A stretch of 64,000 nt of DNA from an uncultured Alphaproteobacteria bacterium (GTDB lineage: Bacteria; Pseudomonadota; Alphaproteobacteria; Sphingomonadales; Sphingomonadaceae). The notes under the pieces are model-generated. The model saw only the letters and a program-made list of their open reading frames with translations. It had not been told where the DNA came from and did no database searches. The stretch lies in contig CAWCRK010000002.1 in assembly GCA_963797965.1 (NCBI GenBank), positions 306,034 through 370,033 on the forward strand, in the 5' to 3' direction. The translations under genes were made by a program, and so were the position numbers. The stretch's first letter is position 1; each line of letters begins with the position of its first letter. Positions 1 through 12,640 of the stretch are shown in pieces.

Positions 1-39
1 ACCGCACGCGACCAGGCGGCGCGCGGTGAGGGCGAACCG

Positions 40-330
40 CTATAGCTTGCCGCGAAAGGCGAGCGAGTTGTCGTTCAGTTCGGACAGGTCCTTCGACCCG
101 GCGATGACATCCTCGGCAAGGCTGACGGCGCGCTGGAGCACCTCGTCCGGCGCCTTGCGATAGGCGGGCGAGCCGATGACGTCGCGCCACTTTGCGCCCA
201 CCGCATTGTCCAGCATGATGCGCTGGAAACAATGGTCGAAGCGCACGGGCCAGCCGCGCTCTGCTGCCATGGCGGGCATTTTCTCGCGGGTCAGTTCGAA
301 CCAGCGCGCTTCGAGGTCTTCACGGGACAT
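40..330 (-). CDS. Conserved hypothetical protein (WPVRFDHCFQRI motif)
   Basis: 96-aa ORF directly downstream of the ABC ATPase; natural protein composition; function not evident. Confidence 0.7.
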   Translation of the reverse strand: MSREDLEARWFELTREKMPAMAAERGWPVRFDHCFQRIMLDNAVGAKWRDVIGSPAYRKAPDEVLQRAVSLAEDVIAGSKDLSELNDNSLAFRGKL

Positions 331-344
331 GCCCGCTCAACGGA

Positions 345-1064
345 CTACAACGCCGCGAGTGCCCGCGCGCCCTCCTCGCCCAGCCATTGCGTTTGCACGC
401 CCCAGGTCCGCTCGATCTGCTGTGGGTCCAGCGCGAGGGTCGGCGGCGCATCGGCCACCAGCGCGCCGTCCTGCATAACCAGCACGCGGTCGGCGTGGTT
501 CATCGCCATCGCCAGATCGTGCATTACGATCACCACGCCCCCGCCCGCATCGGCGAACCGGCGCAAGTGCCGCATCAGCGCGATCTGGTGCGACAGGTCG
601 AGCGCGGACAGCGGCTCGTCGGCGAGGATCCAGTCGGGTTCGCCTGCCAGCACGCGGGCCAGCATGACCCGCGCCGCCTCGCCGCCGGACAGCGTCTGCG
701 CGCGGCGGTCGGTCAGGTCGGTGAGGTCGAGGGCTTGGATAGCGCGGTCTACGGGTTCGTCTGCGCTGTCGCGATGCGGGATGCGGCCAAGTTCGACCAG
801 CGAGCGGACCGTCACATCCCACGCGACCTGCGCCGATTGCGGAAGGTAGCCGATACGCTTGTGGCGATCCGCTTGGCTGGCGAGTGGCTGGCTATCCAGC
901 AGCACCTTACCGCTATCCGGTTTGGTCAGGCCTGCCAGCAGCTCCAGCAAGGACGACTTGCCTGCCCCGTTCGGCCCGCAGATCGCTGTGATCTCGCCGG
1001 TGGAAAGCGCGCAGGACACATCGCTCACCCGCCCGGCCAGACTGAGGTTCTTCGCCTCCAGCAT
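345..1064 (-). CDS. Cobalamin/iron-chelate ABC transporter ATP-binding protein (BtuD/FecE-like)
   Basis: Walker A GPNGAGKS, signature LSGGE, Walker B ILADEP; ATG at 1064 overlaps the permease stop. Confidence 0.9.
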   Translation of the reverse strand: MLEAKNLSLAGRVSDVSCALSTGEITAICGPNGAGKSSLLELLAGLTKPDSGKVLLDSQPLASQADRHKRIGYLPQSAQVAWDVTVRSLVELGRIPHRDSADEPVDRAIQALDLTDLTDRRAQTLSGGEAARVMLARVLAGEPDWILADEPLSALDLSHQIALMRHLRRFADAGGGVVIVMHDLAMAMNHADRVLVMQDGALVADAPPTLALDPQQIERTWGVQTQWLGEEGARALAAL

Positions 1065-2017
1065 CACGCCAGCCCCCGCCGCATGCGCAGCAGCAGCCAT
1101 AAAAAGAACGGCGCGCCCAACAGGCTCAGCGCAATGCCGAGACGCAATTCGGTTACCAGCGGCAGGATGCGCACCACGCTGTCCGCCACGAGCACCAGCA
1201 GCCCGCCTGCCAGCGCGCTCGGCACGATAAGCTGCGAAGGGCGCCGGTCCGTCAGCGGACGCACTAGATGCGGGACGATCAGTCCGACGAAGCCGATGAT
1301 GCCAGCCACCGCAACGCCCGCGCCCACGGTCAGCCCGACCCCGACGACCAGCAGCCAGAGCAGCCGCGTCGTGTCGACGCCCAGCGATCGCGCGACCGGC
1401 TCGCCCAAGGTCAACGCATCGAGCGAGCGGCCTGCCGCCCACAGCACGGCTATCCCTACCGCCACCAGCGGCGCTGCCAGCGTCACTTCGCGCCAGCTGC
1501 GGTCGGTCAGCGCCCCGTTGAGCCACATCACGATCTCGCTCATGGCGAAAGCGTTGGGGGCCATGCTAATGGCCAGCGCCGTCAGCGCGCCCGCAAGGCT
1601 CGCCACCATGAGACCGGCCAGGGTGAACAGCGCGATGCCTCCGGTACGCCCGGCTATCGCGGCCAGCAACGCCATCGCTCCGCCCGCCCCGACCAATGCG
1701 AAGAGCGGCAGCAACCACGGGCTCGCGGCATATCCGAACCACAGCGCCACCACGGCTCCCAGAGCAGCACCCGGCGCGATGCCGAACAACCCGGGATCGG
1801 CGAGCGGATTGCGCAAATAGCCCTGCATCGCCGCTCCCGCTGCGCCCAACCCGCCCCCGACGCACAGGGCGAGGACGGCGCGCGGCAGTCGCAGTTCGGC
1901 GAGGATGAGGGTGGCGTTCGGCGTGGTTGCCGGGTCGATCCACACGCGCCCTGCAAGGAGCGACAGCGGGACGGCGACCACTAGCAAGGCTGCAAAGAGG
2001 ATGGATGCGCGGTTCAC
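1064..2017 (-). CDS. Cobalamin/iron-chelate ABC transporter permease (BtuC/FecCD family)
   Basis: LRLPRAVLA, RNPLADPGLFG, IGFVGLIVPHL motifs; hydrophobic. Confidence 0.92.
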   Translation of the reverse strand: MNRASILFAALLVVAVPLSLLAGRVWIDPATTPNATLILAELRLPRAVLALCVGGGLGAAGAAMQGYLRNPLADPGLFGIAPGAALGAVVALWFGYAASPWLLPLFALVGAGGAMALLAAIAGRTGGIALFTLAGLMVASLAGALTALAISMAPNAFAMSEIVMWLNGALTDRSWREVTLAAPLVAVGIAVLWAAGRSLDALTLGEPVARSLGVDTTRLLWLLVVGVGLTVGAGVAVAGIIGFVGLIVPHLVRPLTDRRPSQLIVPSALAGGLLVLVADSVVRILPLVTELRLGIALSLLGAPFFLWLLLRMRRGLA

Positions 2018-2829
2018 CGGGCCGCTGCCTTGATACGCGCCAATCGCTCGGCCGCGCGAATGATGGTCGGGCCGCCGCAGTAGATCAGCCGTGTGTCGAA
2101 TGGCTCGCGCTGCATGGCCTCGATGTCGTCCAGAGAGGGATGCCGTTGCCCCACACCGTTACCGGCAACCAACAGGACCTCCGGCGGGTCGGCCAGCACT
2201 TGCTCGAGCGATAGATAGTCCGCCTGCTGCATGCCGCGTCCTTGCGCGTAATTGTCGAAACCTGCGCGCCGCAACACATCGCTGACCAGCGCAGCCTCGC
2301 CCGCAACGATACCGCCCGGTTGCCAGAGTACCACCTCGATGTTCTCGCTCGAGTGCATTTCCACCAGCGCCGCCTCGATCCGCGCGACCAGCATCTCGCC
2401 CTTGTCCGCTTGCCCTGCCAGCGCCGCCAGCTGGCGAACCTGCACAATGCTTTCCTCGACGCTCGCCACGCCGCCAAACTGAATCACGCGCAGACCCAGA
2501 TCGTCCAGCGCCGCGCGAGTGGCAGGAGCCAAGTAGGTGCTCGCCACGACCACATCCGGATCGAGCGCCAGCACCTCCTCCACGCTGCCACCCGTCGCGC
2601 GGTACCGCGCCGCATCCTCCGCCTCCATCGAGGACGCACCCGGATCCTTGCTGTAATGCGAGATTGCCAGCAATTGTCCCGGCGCGGCCACCTCGTGCAG
2701 GATCGCGTCGGTGCAGGGGTTGAGGCTGACAATGGTGAGTTGCGGACCATCCTGGCGCGGCGGCGCACCCCCGCATCCGGCAAGCGCCAGCGCGAGAGCG
2801 AGCCCCGTGACGGACCCGGTCCGGATCAC
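2014..2829 (-). CDS. Periplasmic cobalamin-binding lipoprotein (BtuF-like)
   Basis: Lipobox LAGC; IVSLNPCTD and EEVLALDPDVV motifs; GTG start overlaps the receptor stop. Confidence 0.85.
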   Translation of the reverse strand: MIRTGSVTGLALALALAGCGGAPPRQDGPQLTIVSLNPCTDAILHEVAAPGQLLAISHYSKDPGASSMEAEDAARYRATGGSVEEVLALDPDVVVASTYLAPATRAALDDLGLRVIQFGGVASVEESIVQVRQLAALAGQADKGEMLVARIEAALVEMHSSENIEVVLWQPGGIVAGEAALVSDVLRRAGFDNYAQGRGMQQADYLSLEQVLADPPEVLLVAGNGVGQRHPSLDDIEAMQREPFDTRLIYCGGPTIIRAAERLARIKAAAR

Positions 2830-4771
2830 ATCTGCACCCTCACCCCGGCAAAGACGCCGCGGCCCGGCGTACCGTAGCCTGCGACGGTCTGGTAGTCCTC
2901 GTCGAACAGGTTCTCGACGCGCCCGAAAAGCTCCAGCTCGTAGGTAATGTCGATGGACGCGCGAAGGTCGACCAGTTCGTATCCGTCCAGCCGCGTCGTG
3001 TTGCCCGCATCGTCGAAACTGTCGCCGACGATCCGCAGATCCGCGCCGAGCGACAGGCCGAATTCGCTCTCCCAATCGGCGACGAGCGTGCCGGAATGCC
3101 GCGGGCGGCGTGCGAGCCGATTGCCCGTCGCACGGTCCTCTGCGTCGATCAGGTTGTAGATGCCCGACACGCGGATCATGTCGGTCAGGTCGTAGCCCGC
3201 TTCCGCCTCGATGCCCTGTGCGCGCGCCTCACCGATATTCTGGTAATAGCCGAAGCGGCCATCGTCGCAGATCGCGGGCGGGTTCGCCACGAAACAGGTC
3301 TCGAAGCCGATGAGCTTTTCGCTGTCGCGCCGGAACGCAGTCAGCGCGAAATACCAATTGGCGCCGCGGCGGCCGCGCTCGATGCCGAAATCGACACTGG
3401 TGCTGCGCTCGGGCTCCAGCGCCTCGTTTCCGAAGTCGGAGAAGAGTTGGAACAGCGTCGGTGCTTTGTATCCCTCGCCAACACTCGCGCGCAGACGCCA
3501 GCTATTGCCGAGATCGTAACTGACATCGCCGCCGAAACTGACCTCGTTGCCGAAGTCCTCCGGCATGTCGAGCCTGCCGCCAATATGCGCCGATACTGGC
3601 CCGAGTGTCCCGCCAAGCTGGGCATAGACGCCGGTAGTGTTCGTCCTGGCGCCATCGTCGGACACGGTGTCGAACCGGCTCCACTCATGCTCGCCGCCGA
3701 AAGCAAACGCGATACCGCCGATCAGCCTGTATTCGCCGCGCAGGGCCAGCGTTTCGTTTCTCCCGTCGCTTGAGAAGGTCTCTGAACCGGAGCCGCTACG
3801 ATTGACCCGCTCCGTATCGGACAAGGCGTAGCTGGCGCGCAGGGTCAGGTCGTTTCCGTAATAGGCCAGCCCGATATCGCCCCAGTGCCGCGTAGTTTTC
3901 TGCGTGTCCTCGCTGTCGATCAGGCCGAAGGGCGGCGAGAATGAGAAGCCGTCGATCTCCAGATCGCCTTCGGAAAAGTTGGCATGGGCAAAGAGCTTCG
4001 AGAATGTCCGTCAGTTCGATGATGGTCACGCCGGACAGGGCGAACTGCTCGAAGCCGTCAGCTTCCTCGCCGTCGGCCGCCGCGGAAAACCCGTCGGTCT
4101 GGTACCAAGATCCGTTGAGGCCGAGATACACGCCGTCCTCGTCAACGCCTGCCCCGGCGCTCGCAAATAGCGTGTCACGCGCGCCGTATTCGATGACGCC
4201 GCGCGCCCCGGTGACGGTGCGGGTCGATATGTCGATCACCCCGCCGACCGCGTCCGAGCCCCAGATGGTGCTGTTCGATCCGCGAAGCACGTCGAACCGG
4301 CTCGCCGTTCCGTTCAGCACGTTGCCGAAGTCGAAGCCACCTGCAGGCGAGGCCGGATCGGACACGCGCACGCCGTCGACCAGCACCAGCACCTGCTCTG
4401 CATTGGCACCGCGAATGTTGACGCTGGTCAGCGATCCGGCACTGCCGCTTCGCGAAGCGGTGAGGCCCGGCACGCGGCGCAGGGCGCGCAAGCGGATCGG
4501 CACCCTGGACCAAGGCCAGTTCGTCTTCATCGATGATGGTGATGGCCTGTCCGGTATCATCGACGGAGGTGCCGATCCCGTTGGCAGTGACTGTAATCGG
4601 GACCACCCGTTCGTGCCAGAAAACGATCTCCTGTCCGGGTTCGTCTGCCGTAGGTTCGGCAGCCTCATCCTGTGCAGCGATGATCTCTGCCAGTGCCTCC
4701 TCGCCTACATCTTGCGCATGCGCGGACACGCTCAGCGCCGAGGCGCTCAGGAACAATATGGGATAACGCAC
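2826..4771 (-). CDS. btuB: TonB-dependent cobalamin receptor, split by several apparent sequencing frameshifts
   Basis: Signal peptide, ITVTA TonB-box-like motif, plug motifs (IRGANAEQVLVLVDG, VLRGSNSTIWGSDAVGGVI), C-terminal NLFDEDYQTVAGYGTPGR; follows a B12 riboswitch. Confidence 0.85.
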
Positions 4772-4877
4772 AAAAACCTCCGGTCATAAGCTATGCCGCT
4801 CATGACGAGAGGAGACGGGATTGCCTCTTCCCCGCATGCCATCGGTACACCCCGCCCGTGGCCGAACGACAGGTTCG

Positions 4878-5030
4878 AAACAGGTCTCCTGGCTCCCGGT
4901 TCGATGGCTGCGCTCCGCCTTCCCGCGCTGTAAAAACGCAGTGGCACGATGGAGCGCGCCTCACCGGTTACAGTTGCGGGGGCAGCCGCGGCATTACACC
5001 GAACGTTCCCTTGATCCGTACCCTGCGCGA
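4878..5030 (-). ncRNA. Cobalamin (B12) riboswitch
   Basis: Minus strand has AAGGGAA..GCTGCCCCCGCAACTGT..GCCACTG..GGGAAGG..GAGCCAGGAGACCTG (B12 box) upstream of btuB. Confidence 0.93.
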
Positions 5031-5209
5031 ACAATTACGCGCGCGGCTTCCGGCTGGCAAGGGCGCATCTTTCGCGAAGCCCTGCGTAACAATTTAACAC
5101 ATCTTCAAGCATGCTGCGGAACGCTTGTTTAGCTCGGTGCAGGCTAAAGACGTCGCCAAGCAGGGACGCTGCATTGCAGCCGATAAAAACAAGGGGAGCC
5201 GCCCAGCTT

Positions 5210-5533
5210 ATGTCCGTGAAATTTGCGCCTGCGCGCCACGCCGCCACCTCGCCCATTGCCAAGTGCCTGACGCGAGGATCGACCGGCCCGGCCGCCAACG
5301 ATCACGATGGGGGAATGTTCATGAGCGATACGACACAGCAGGCCTTGCGCCACTTCGCCGAGCATGGCTTGCGGGCCGGGGCGGTAGCGCTGGACAACGC
5401 CGCGCGCGCCGAAATGGCAGCCTGCGATGCGGACTACGCCTATTGGCTGGGCATTTGCGGGGAACTCGATCCGGCAGCGGCGGAGCGTTTCGTATCTGCA
5501 CGCAGTGACGAGGCGTCGCGCCTGATCGGATAG
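5210..5533 (+). CDS. Hypothetical protein
   Basis: MSVKFAPAR..AAND..ALRHFAEHGL..WLGICGELD; start uncertain. Confidence 0.65.
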   Translation: MSVKFAPARHAATSPIAKCLTRGSTGPAANDHDGGMFMSDTTQQALRHFAEHGLRAGAVALDNAARAEMAACDADYAYWLGICGELDPAAAERFVSARSDEASRLIG

Positions 5534-5645
5534 CGCCGGGCGCGCCAGCCGCGCCTGCATTCTTCAGCCGGTGCTAAGTCGGAACGATGGATGCTACAGC
5601 GCGTCTATCGGGTGTCGCATGCGCGCTTCAAGCACCTATTGCTAC

Positions 5646-5660
5646 TGCGAACCAATTGCA
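5646..5660. promoter_or_regulatory. Possible Fur/iron-box-like inverted repeat upstream of mdh
   Basis: TGCGA-accaa-TTGCA imperfect palindrome in the intergenic region. Confidence 0.3.
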
Positions 5661-5717
5661 AAGATAGTTCCTCAGTCCGACCTTTTGCCGGTTGCAATCG
5701 CATGGGCGCGGGCCTAG

Positions 5718-7252
<1,535 letters not shown>

Positions 7253-7262
7253 GAGTTATTGA

Positions 7263-8154
7263 ATGTCCATCCTCGTCGACAAGAACACCAAGGTCATCAC
7301 CCAGGGGATGACCGGCGACACCGGCACCTTCCACACGCAGCAGGCGCTCGATTACGGGACGCAGATGGTTGCGGGTGTGACTCCCGGCAAGGGCGGCACC
7401 GACGCACATCGGCCTGCCGCAGTTCAACACCGTGCGCGAAGCCAAGGCCGAAACCGGCGCGACGGCTTCGTGCATCTACGTGCCGCCGCCGTTCGCAGCC
7501 GACGCCATCCTCGAGGCGATCGACGCCGAGATGGAACTGATCGTCGCCATCACCGAAGGCATTCCCGTGCTCGACATGGTGCGCGTGAAGGCTGCGCTGC
7601 GCGGCTCGAACAGCCGCCTGATCGGCCCGAACTGCCCCGGCGTGCTGACGCCCGGCGAATGCAAGATCGGCATCATGCCCGGCTCCATCTTCAAGAAGGG
7701 CAGCGTCGGCGTGGTCTCGCGTTCGGGCACGCTGACCTATGAAGCCGTCCACCAGACCACCATGGTCGGCCTCGGCCAGACCACGGCAGTCGGCATTGGC
7801 GGCGATCCGGTCAACGGCACCAACTTCATCGACGTGCTCGACCTCTTCCTCGACGACGATGCCACCAAGTCGATCATCATGATCGGCGAAATCGGCGGCA
7901 GCGCGGAAGAAGAAGCGGCTGCCTACCTCAAGGAACAGGCCGCACTGGGCCGCGAAAAGCCGGTCGTCGGCTTCATCGCCGGCCGCACCGCGCCTCCGGG
8001 TCGCCGCATGGGCCATGCCGGCGCTATCGTATCGGGCGGCAAGGGCGGCGCGGACGACAAGATCGCGGCGATGGAAGACGCGGGCATCCGCGTATCCCCC
8101 TCGCCTTCCGAACTTGGCACCACGCTCGATGCGATGCTGAAGGAACTGGCCTGA
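7263..8154 (+). CDS. sucD: Succinyl-CoA ligase alpha subunit (frameshift near 7405)
   Basis: [40 protein letters not shown]. Confidence 0.95.
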
Positions 8155-8188
8155 CACTCAGGCGCTCCCTCTTTCATGAGGACTGACA

Positions 8189-11024
8189 ATGGGTAACGAG
8201 AGCCAGAACTTCCTGCCCGAGATGGGCGACCAGGAAGGTCCGCAAGCCGGGCCCAGCTGGGGCAATCCGAAGTGGCTGGCCGAGGTCGTCGACAGCGACG
8301 CCGACCTGACCGCGGCGCTCGACCCCACGCAGATGCGCGCCGTGGTTGCCGATGCGGCCAAGAAGGCGGGCAAGGCGCTCGACCCCAAGGCCATCGAGCA
8401 GGCAGCGGACGACAGCATCCGCGCCATGCTGCTGGTGCGTCTGCACCGCGTGCGCGGCCATCTGGCGGCCGATCTCGACCCGCTGGGCCTGTCGCATCGC
8501 GACGTACCCGACGACCTGACGCTGGCCTGGCACGGCTTCGAAGGGCAGGAAGCGCGCGAGGTCTATGTCGGCGGCGTGTTCGGCTTCGAATGGGTCACGG
8601 TGGGCGAGCTGTTCCGCGTGCTGCGCGAGACCTACTGCGGCAATGTCGGCCTCGAATACATGCACATCTCGGACACGGAGGAGCGCCGCTTCCTCCAGGA
8701 CAAGTTCGAGACGCCCGAAGACACGATCCAGTTCACCGACGAAGGCAAGCGCGCCATTCTCGCCGCCGTTATCCGGGGCGAGCAATACGAGGCGTTTCTC
8801 GGCAAGAAATACGTCGGCACCAAGCGCTTCGGCCTCGATGGCGGCGAGTCGATGATCCCCGCGCTCGAAGCGGTCATCAAATACGGCGGCCAGCTGGGTG
8901 TGCGCGAAATCATCTACGGCATGGCGCACCGCGGCCGGTTGAACGTGCTCGCCAACGTCATGGGCAAGCCGTACAAGGTCATCTTCCACGAATTTTCCGG
9001 CGGCTCCTCCAATCCCGACGATGTGGGCGGATCGGGCGATGTGAAGTACCACCTCGGCACCAGCACGGACCGCAGCTTCGACGGTATCGATGTGCACATG
9101 AGCCTCGTGCCCAATCCCTTCGCATCTCGAAGCGGTGAACCCCGTCGTACTGGGCAAGAGCCGCGCGCAGCAGGCGATCCGCGACGATCTGAGCAAGCAC
9201 GAACAGGTCCTGCCCGTCCTGCTCCACGGCGATGCGGCTTTTGCTGGTCAGGGCATCGTGTGGGAATGCCTCGGCTTTTCCGGCGTGCGCGGATACGACA
9301 CGGGCGGCTGCCTGCACTTCGTCATCAACAATCAGATCGGCTTCACGACCAGCCCGCAATTCGCGCGCTCCTCGCCCTACCCCAGCGATGTGGCAAAGGG
9401 CATTCAGGCACCGATCCTGCACGTTAACGGCGACGATCCGGAAGCCGTGACCTTCGCCTGCAAGTTGGCGGTCGAATATCGCCAGACATTCGGCCGCGAT
9501 ATCGTGATCGACATGTGGTGCTATCGCCGCTTCGGCCATAACGAAGGCGACGAGCCCAGCTTTACCCAGCCGCTGATGTACAAGGAAATCCGCAAGCACC
9601 CCAAGGTGAGCGAATTGTACACCGCGCGCCTGATCGACGAAGGCGTAATCGACAAGAGCTATGCCGACGGCGTGATCGCGGAGTTCACCTCGCACCTGGA
9701 AGAAGAGTTTGCTGCGAGCAAGGACTACAAGCCCGACGAGGCCGACTGGTTCGGCGGGCGTTGGGCGGGCCTGAACAAGCCGGCCGATCCGGAATCCGCG
9801 CGGCGCAACATCGAGACCGGCATCGACAAGAAGCTGTTCGACAGCCTCGGTCGCACGCTGACCACCGTCCCCGACGACGTAACGATCCACAAGACGCTGG
9901 GCCGTGTGCTCGACGCCAAGCGCGAAATGTTCAACAGCGGCGAAGGCATCGACTGGGCTACCGGCGAAGCGCTGGCCTTCGGCAGCCTCGTCACCGAAGG
10001 CTTCGGTGTGCGCCTGTCCGGGCAGGATTCGGGCCGCGGCACGTTCAGCCAGAGGCATGCCGTCTGGCTCGACCAGAAGAACGAGAGCAAATACATCCCG
10101 CTCTGCACGCTCCCGCATGGCAAGTTCGAGGTCTATGATAGCCCGCTGTCCGAATATGGCGTGCTCGGCTTCGAATACGGTTTCGCCATGGCCGACCCCA
10201 AAAGCCTGGTGATGTGGGAAGCGCAGTTCGGCGATTTCGCCAATGGCGCGCAGATCATGATCGACCAGTTCATCGCGGCCGGCGAGGTCAAGTGGCTGCG
10301 CGCGAACGGCCTCGTGCTGCTGCTGCCGCATGGTTACGAGGGCCAGGGACCGGAGCATAGCTCCGCCCGTCTCGAACGCTTTCTGCAACTGTGCGCGAAC
10401 GACAACATGCAGGTGATGAACATCACCACGCCTGCGAATTACTTCCACGCGCTCCGCCGTCAGATGCTGCGATCTTTCCGCAAGCCGATGGTCATCATGA
10501 CGCCCAAGTCGCTGCTGCGCCATCCGCTGGCGAAGTCGAACGCGGGCGAGTTTCTGGACGAGCATCACTTCATGCGGATCAAGTCCGACATGACCGAGAT
10601 CGACGATGCGAAGGTCAAGCGGCTCGTCCTGTGCAGCGGAAAGGTCGCCTACGACCTGATGCAGCGCCGCGACGAGGCAGGCGCGGACGATGTCTCCGTC
10701 GTGCGGATCGAGCAGCTGTATCCCTTCCCGGGCGAACCGCTGGCCGTCCGGCTGGAGCGGATGACGAACCTCGAGACGGTCGTCTGGTGCCAGGAAGAGC
10801 CGAAGAATAACGGCGCATGGTCCTTCGTCGACCGCCTGATCGAGGACGCGCTGACCAAGGCAGGCAAGGACGGCATGCGCCCGTGCTATGCCGGCCGCGA
10901 AGTCGCCGCATCGCCAGCCACCGGCTATGCCAGCCGCCACAAGGTCCAGCAGGAAGCGCTGGTCAACATCGCGCTCGGGCTGAACGGCGGGGACACCGCC
11001 AACGCCACCAGTAATTGCAGCTGA
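8189..11024 (+). CDS. sucA: 2-oxoglutarate dehydrogenase E1 (frameshift near 9120)
   Basis: KRFGLDGGE, GMAHRGRLN, GDVKYHLG, HGDAAFAGQG, WEAQFGDF, GQGPEHSSAR. Confidence 0.96.
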
Positions 11025-11054
11025 TCGAGGCTCGGATAAGGAACACCGACTGAC

Positions 11055-12296
11055 ATGGCCACCGAAGTCAAAGTCCCCACGCTGGGCGAAAGCGTCACCG
11101 AAGCCACCATCGGCGAATTCCTGAAGCAGGTCGGCGATGCCGTTGCGGTGGACGAACCGATCGTAAGCCTGGAAACCGACAAGGTCGCTGTCGAAGCGCC
11201 CTCGCCGGTCGCAGGCGTCATCCAGGAATTCAAGGTCGAGGTCGGCGACACGGTCGAAGTCGACGCGGTCATCGCGATCATCGCGGAAGGCGGCACACCC
11301 GCTGCCACCGGCGAGGAAGCCGGACGCGCCAAGCAGGAGCGCGAAGAGGGACAAGAAAAGCGCGCAGAACAGCCCGAGCCTGCCGCCGCGTCGGACGGCT
11401 CGCAAACGCTGTCGCCCGCCGTGCGCCGCGCCGTGCTCGAACACGGTGTCGACCCGTCCACGATCAAGGGCAGCGGCAAGGATGGCCGCCTGACCAAGGA
11501 AGATGTCGTGGCCGCCGCCAAGGCCAAGGGCGATCCGGCGCCTGCCTCCACTGCGCCCGCGCAAGCCGCCTCGCCTGCCCCTGCAGCCGCAGGGGAGCGC
11601 CGCGAGGAACGCGTCAAGATGACGCGCATGCGCCAGACCATCGCCAAGCGGTTGAAGGGCGCGCAGGAAGAAGCCGCTCTGCTGACCACTTTCAACGATT
11701 GCGACATGAGCGCGGTCATGGAAGCGCGCGCGAAGTACAAGGACATGTTCGCCAAGAAGCACGACATCCGGCTCGGCTTCATGGGATTTTTCGCCAAGGC
11801 CGCCTGCCTCGCGCTGAAGGACGTGCCCGCGGTCAACGCCTATATCGAGGGCGATGAGATCGTGTACCACGACTATGTCGACATCTCGGTCGCCGTGTCC
11901 GCGCCCAACGGCCTCGTCGTGCCGGTCATCCGCGATGCACAGGACAAGGGCTTCGCGCAGATCGAGAAGGACATCGCGGACTTCGGCGCGCGCGCCAAGG
12001 AAGGCACGTTGACGATGGACGACATGAAGGGTGGCACCTTCACCATCTCCAACGGCGGCGTGTTCGGCAGCCTCATGTCGACCCCGATCATCAATCCGCC
12101 ACAAAGCGCGGTGCTCGGCCTCCATCGCATCGAGGATCGCGCCGTGGTGGTCGATGGCGAAATCGTGGTGCGCCCGATGATGTACATCGCGCTGTCCTAC
12201 GACCACCGCCTCATCGACGGACGTGAGGCCGTGACCGCGCTGAAGATCATCAAGGAAGCAATCGAAGATCCGACCCGGATGCTGATCGACTTGTGA
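11055..12296 (+). CDS. sucB: Dihydrolipoamide succinyltransferase E2
   Basis: Lipoyl motif LETDKV, E3-binding domain, catalytic SYDHRLIDG. Confidence 0.97.
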   Translation: MATEVKVPTLGESVTEATIGEFLKQVGDAVAVDEPIVSLETDKVAVEAPSPVAGVIQEFKVEVGDTVEVDAVIAIIAEGGTPAATGEEAGRAKQEREEGQEKRAEQPEPAAASDGSQTLSPAVRRAVLEHGVDPSTIKGSGKDGRLTKEDVVAAAKAKGDPAPASTAPAQAASPAPAAAGERREERVKMTRMRQTIAKRLKGAQEEAALLTTFNDCDMSAVMEARAKYKDMFAKKHDIRLGFMGFFAKAACLALKDVPAVNAYIEGDEIVYHDYVDISVAVSAPNGLVVPVIRDAQDKGFAQIEKDIADFGARAKEGTLTMDDMKGGTFTISNGGVFGSLMSTPIINPPQSAVLGLHRIEDRAVVVDGEIVVRPMMYIALSYDHRLIDGREAVTALKIIKEAIEDPTRMLIDL

Positions 12297-12307
12297 GGAC
12301 AAGGCCA

Positions 12308-12640
12308 ATGACCAGACTATTACTCGCAAGCTGCTGTGCGGTCGCTTTGACCGGCTGCGATGCCGCTACGCAAATTGCCGGTGACGCCGTCGAAGGCGAA
12401 GTCAGAACCGCCGTCGTAGAGCGCTGCCAGCAATTTGCCGACAACGCGGGCATCGTCGCGGACCGCATCAATGCAGTGTGCGAATGCAGTGCCGACAGGT
12501 TCCGGGCCGACGAGGACCTGACCCTCGCCGATGTGAACCGCGAAAATATCGAAGGCATCGTCAACAGCTGTGCGACCGAAAAGGGTACCGACACTAACGA
12601 TGCTACAAACACCACGCCGACGGAGACTATCGGTGGCTGA
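12308..12640 (+). CDS. Small Cys-rich lipoprotein, hypothetical
   Basis: Lipobox LTGC; further cysteines in ERC, VCEC, NSC; coupled between sucB and lpdA. Confidence 0.7.
   Translation: MTRLLLASCCAVALTGCDAATQIAGDAVEGEVRTAVVERCQQFADNAGIVADRINAVCECSADRFRADEDLTLADVNRENIEGIVNSCATEKGTDTNDATNTTPTETIGG

Noticed and set aside
8979-12329. 1116-aa minus-strand ORF and similar long antisense ORFs (for example 56477-58435, 48630-50369, 23227-24702)
   Set aside because: Shadow frames opposite well-conserved genes, expected from high-GC codon bias; no recognisable motifs.
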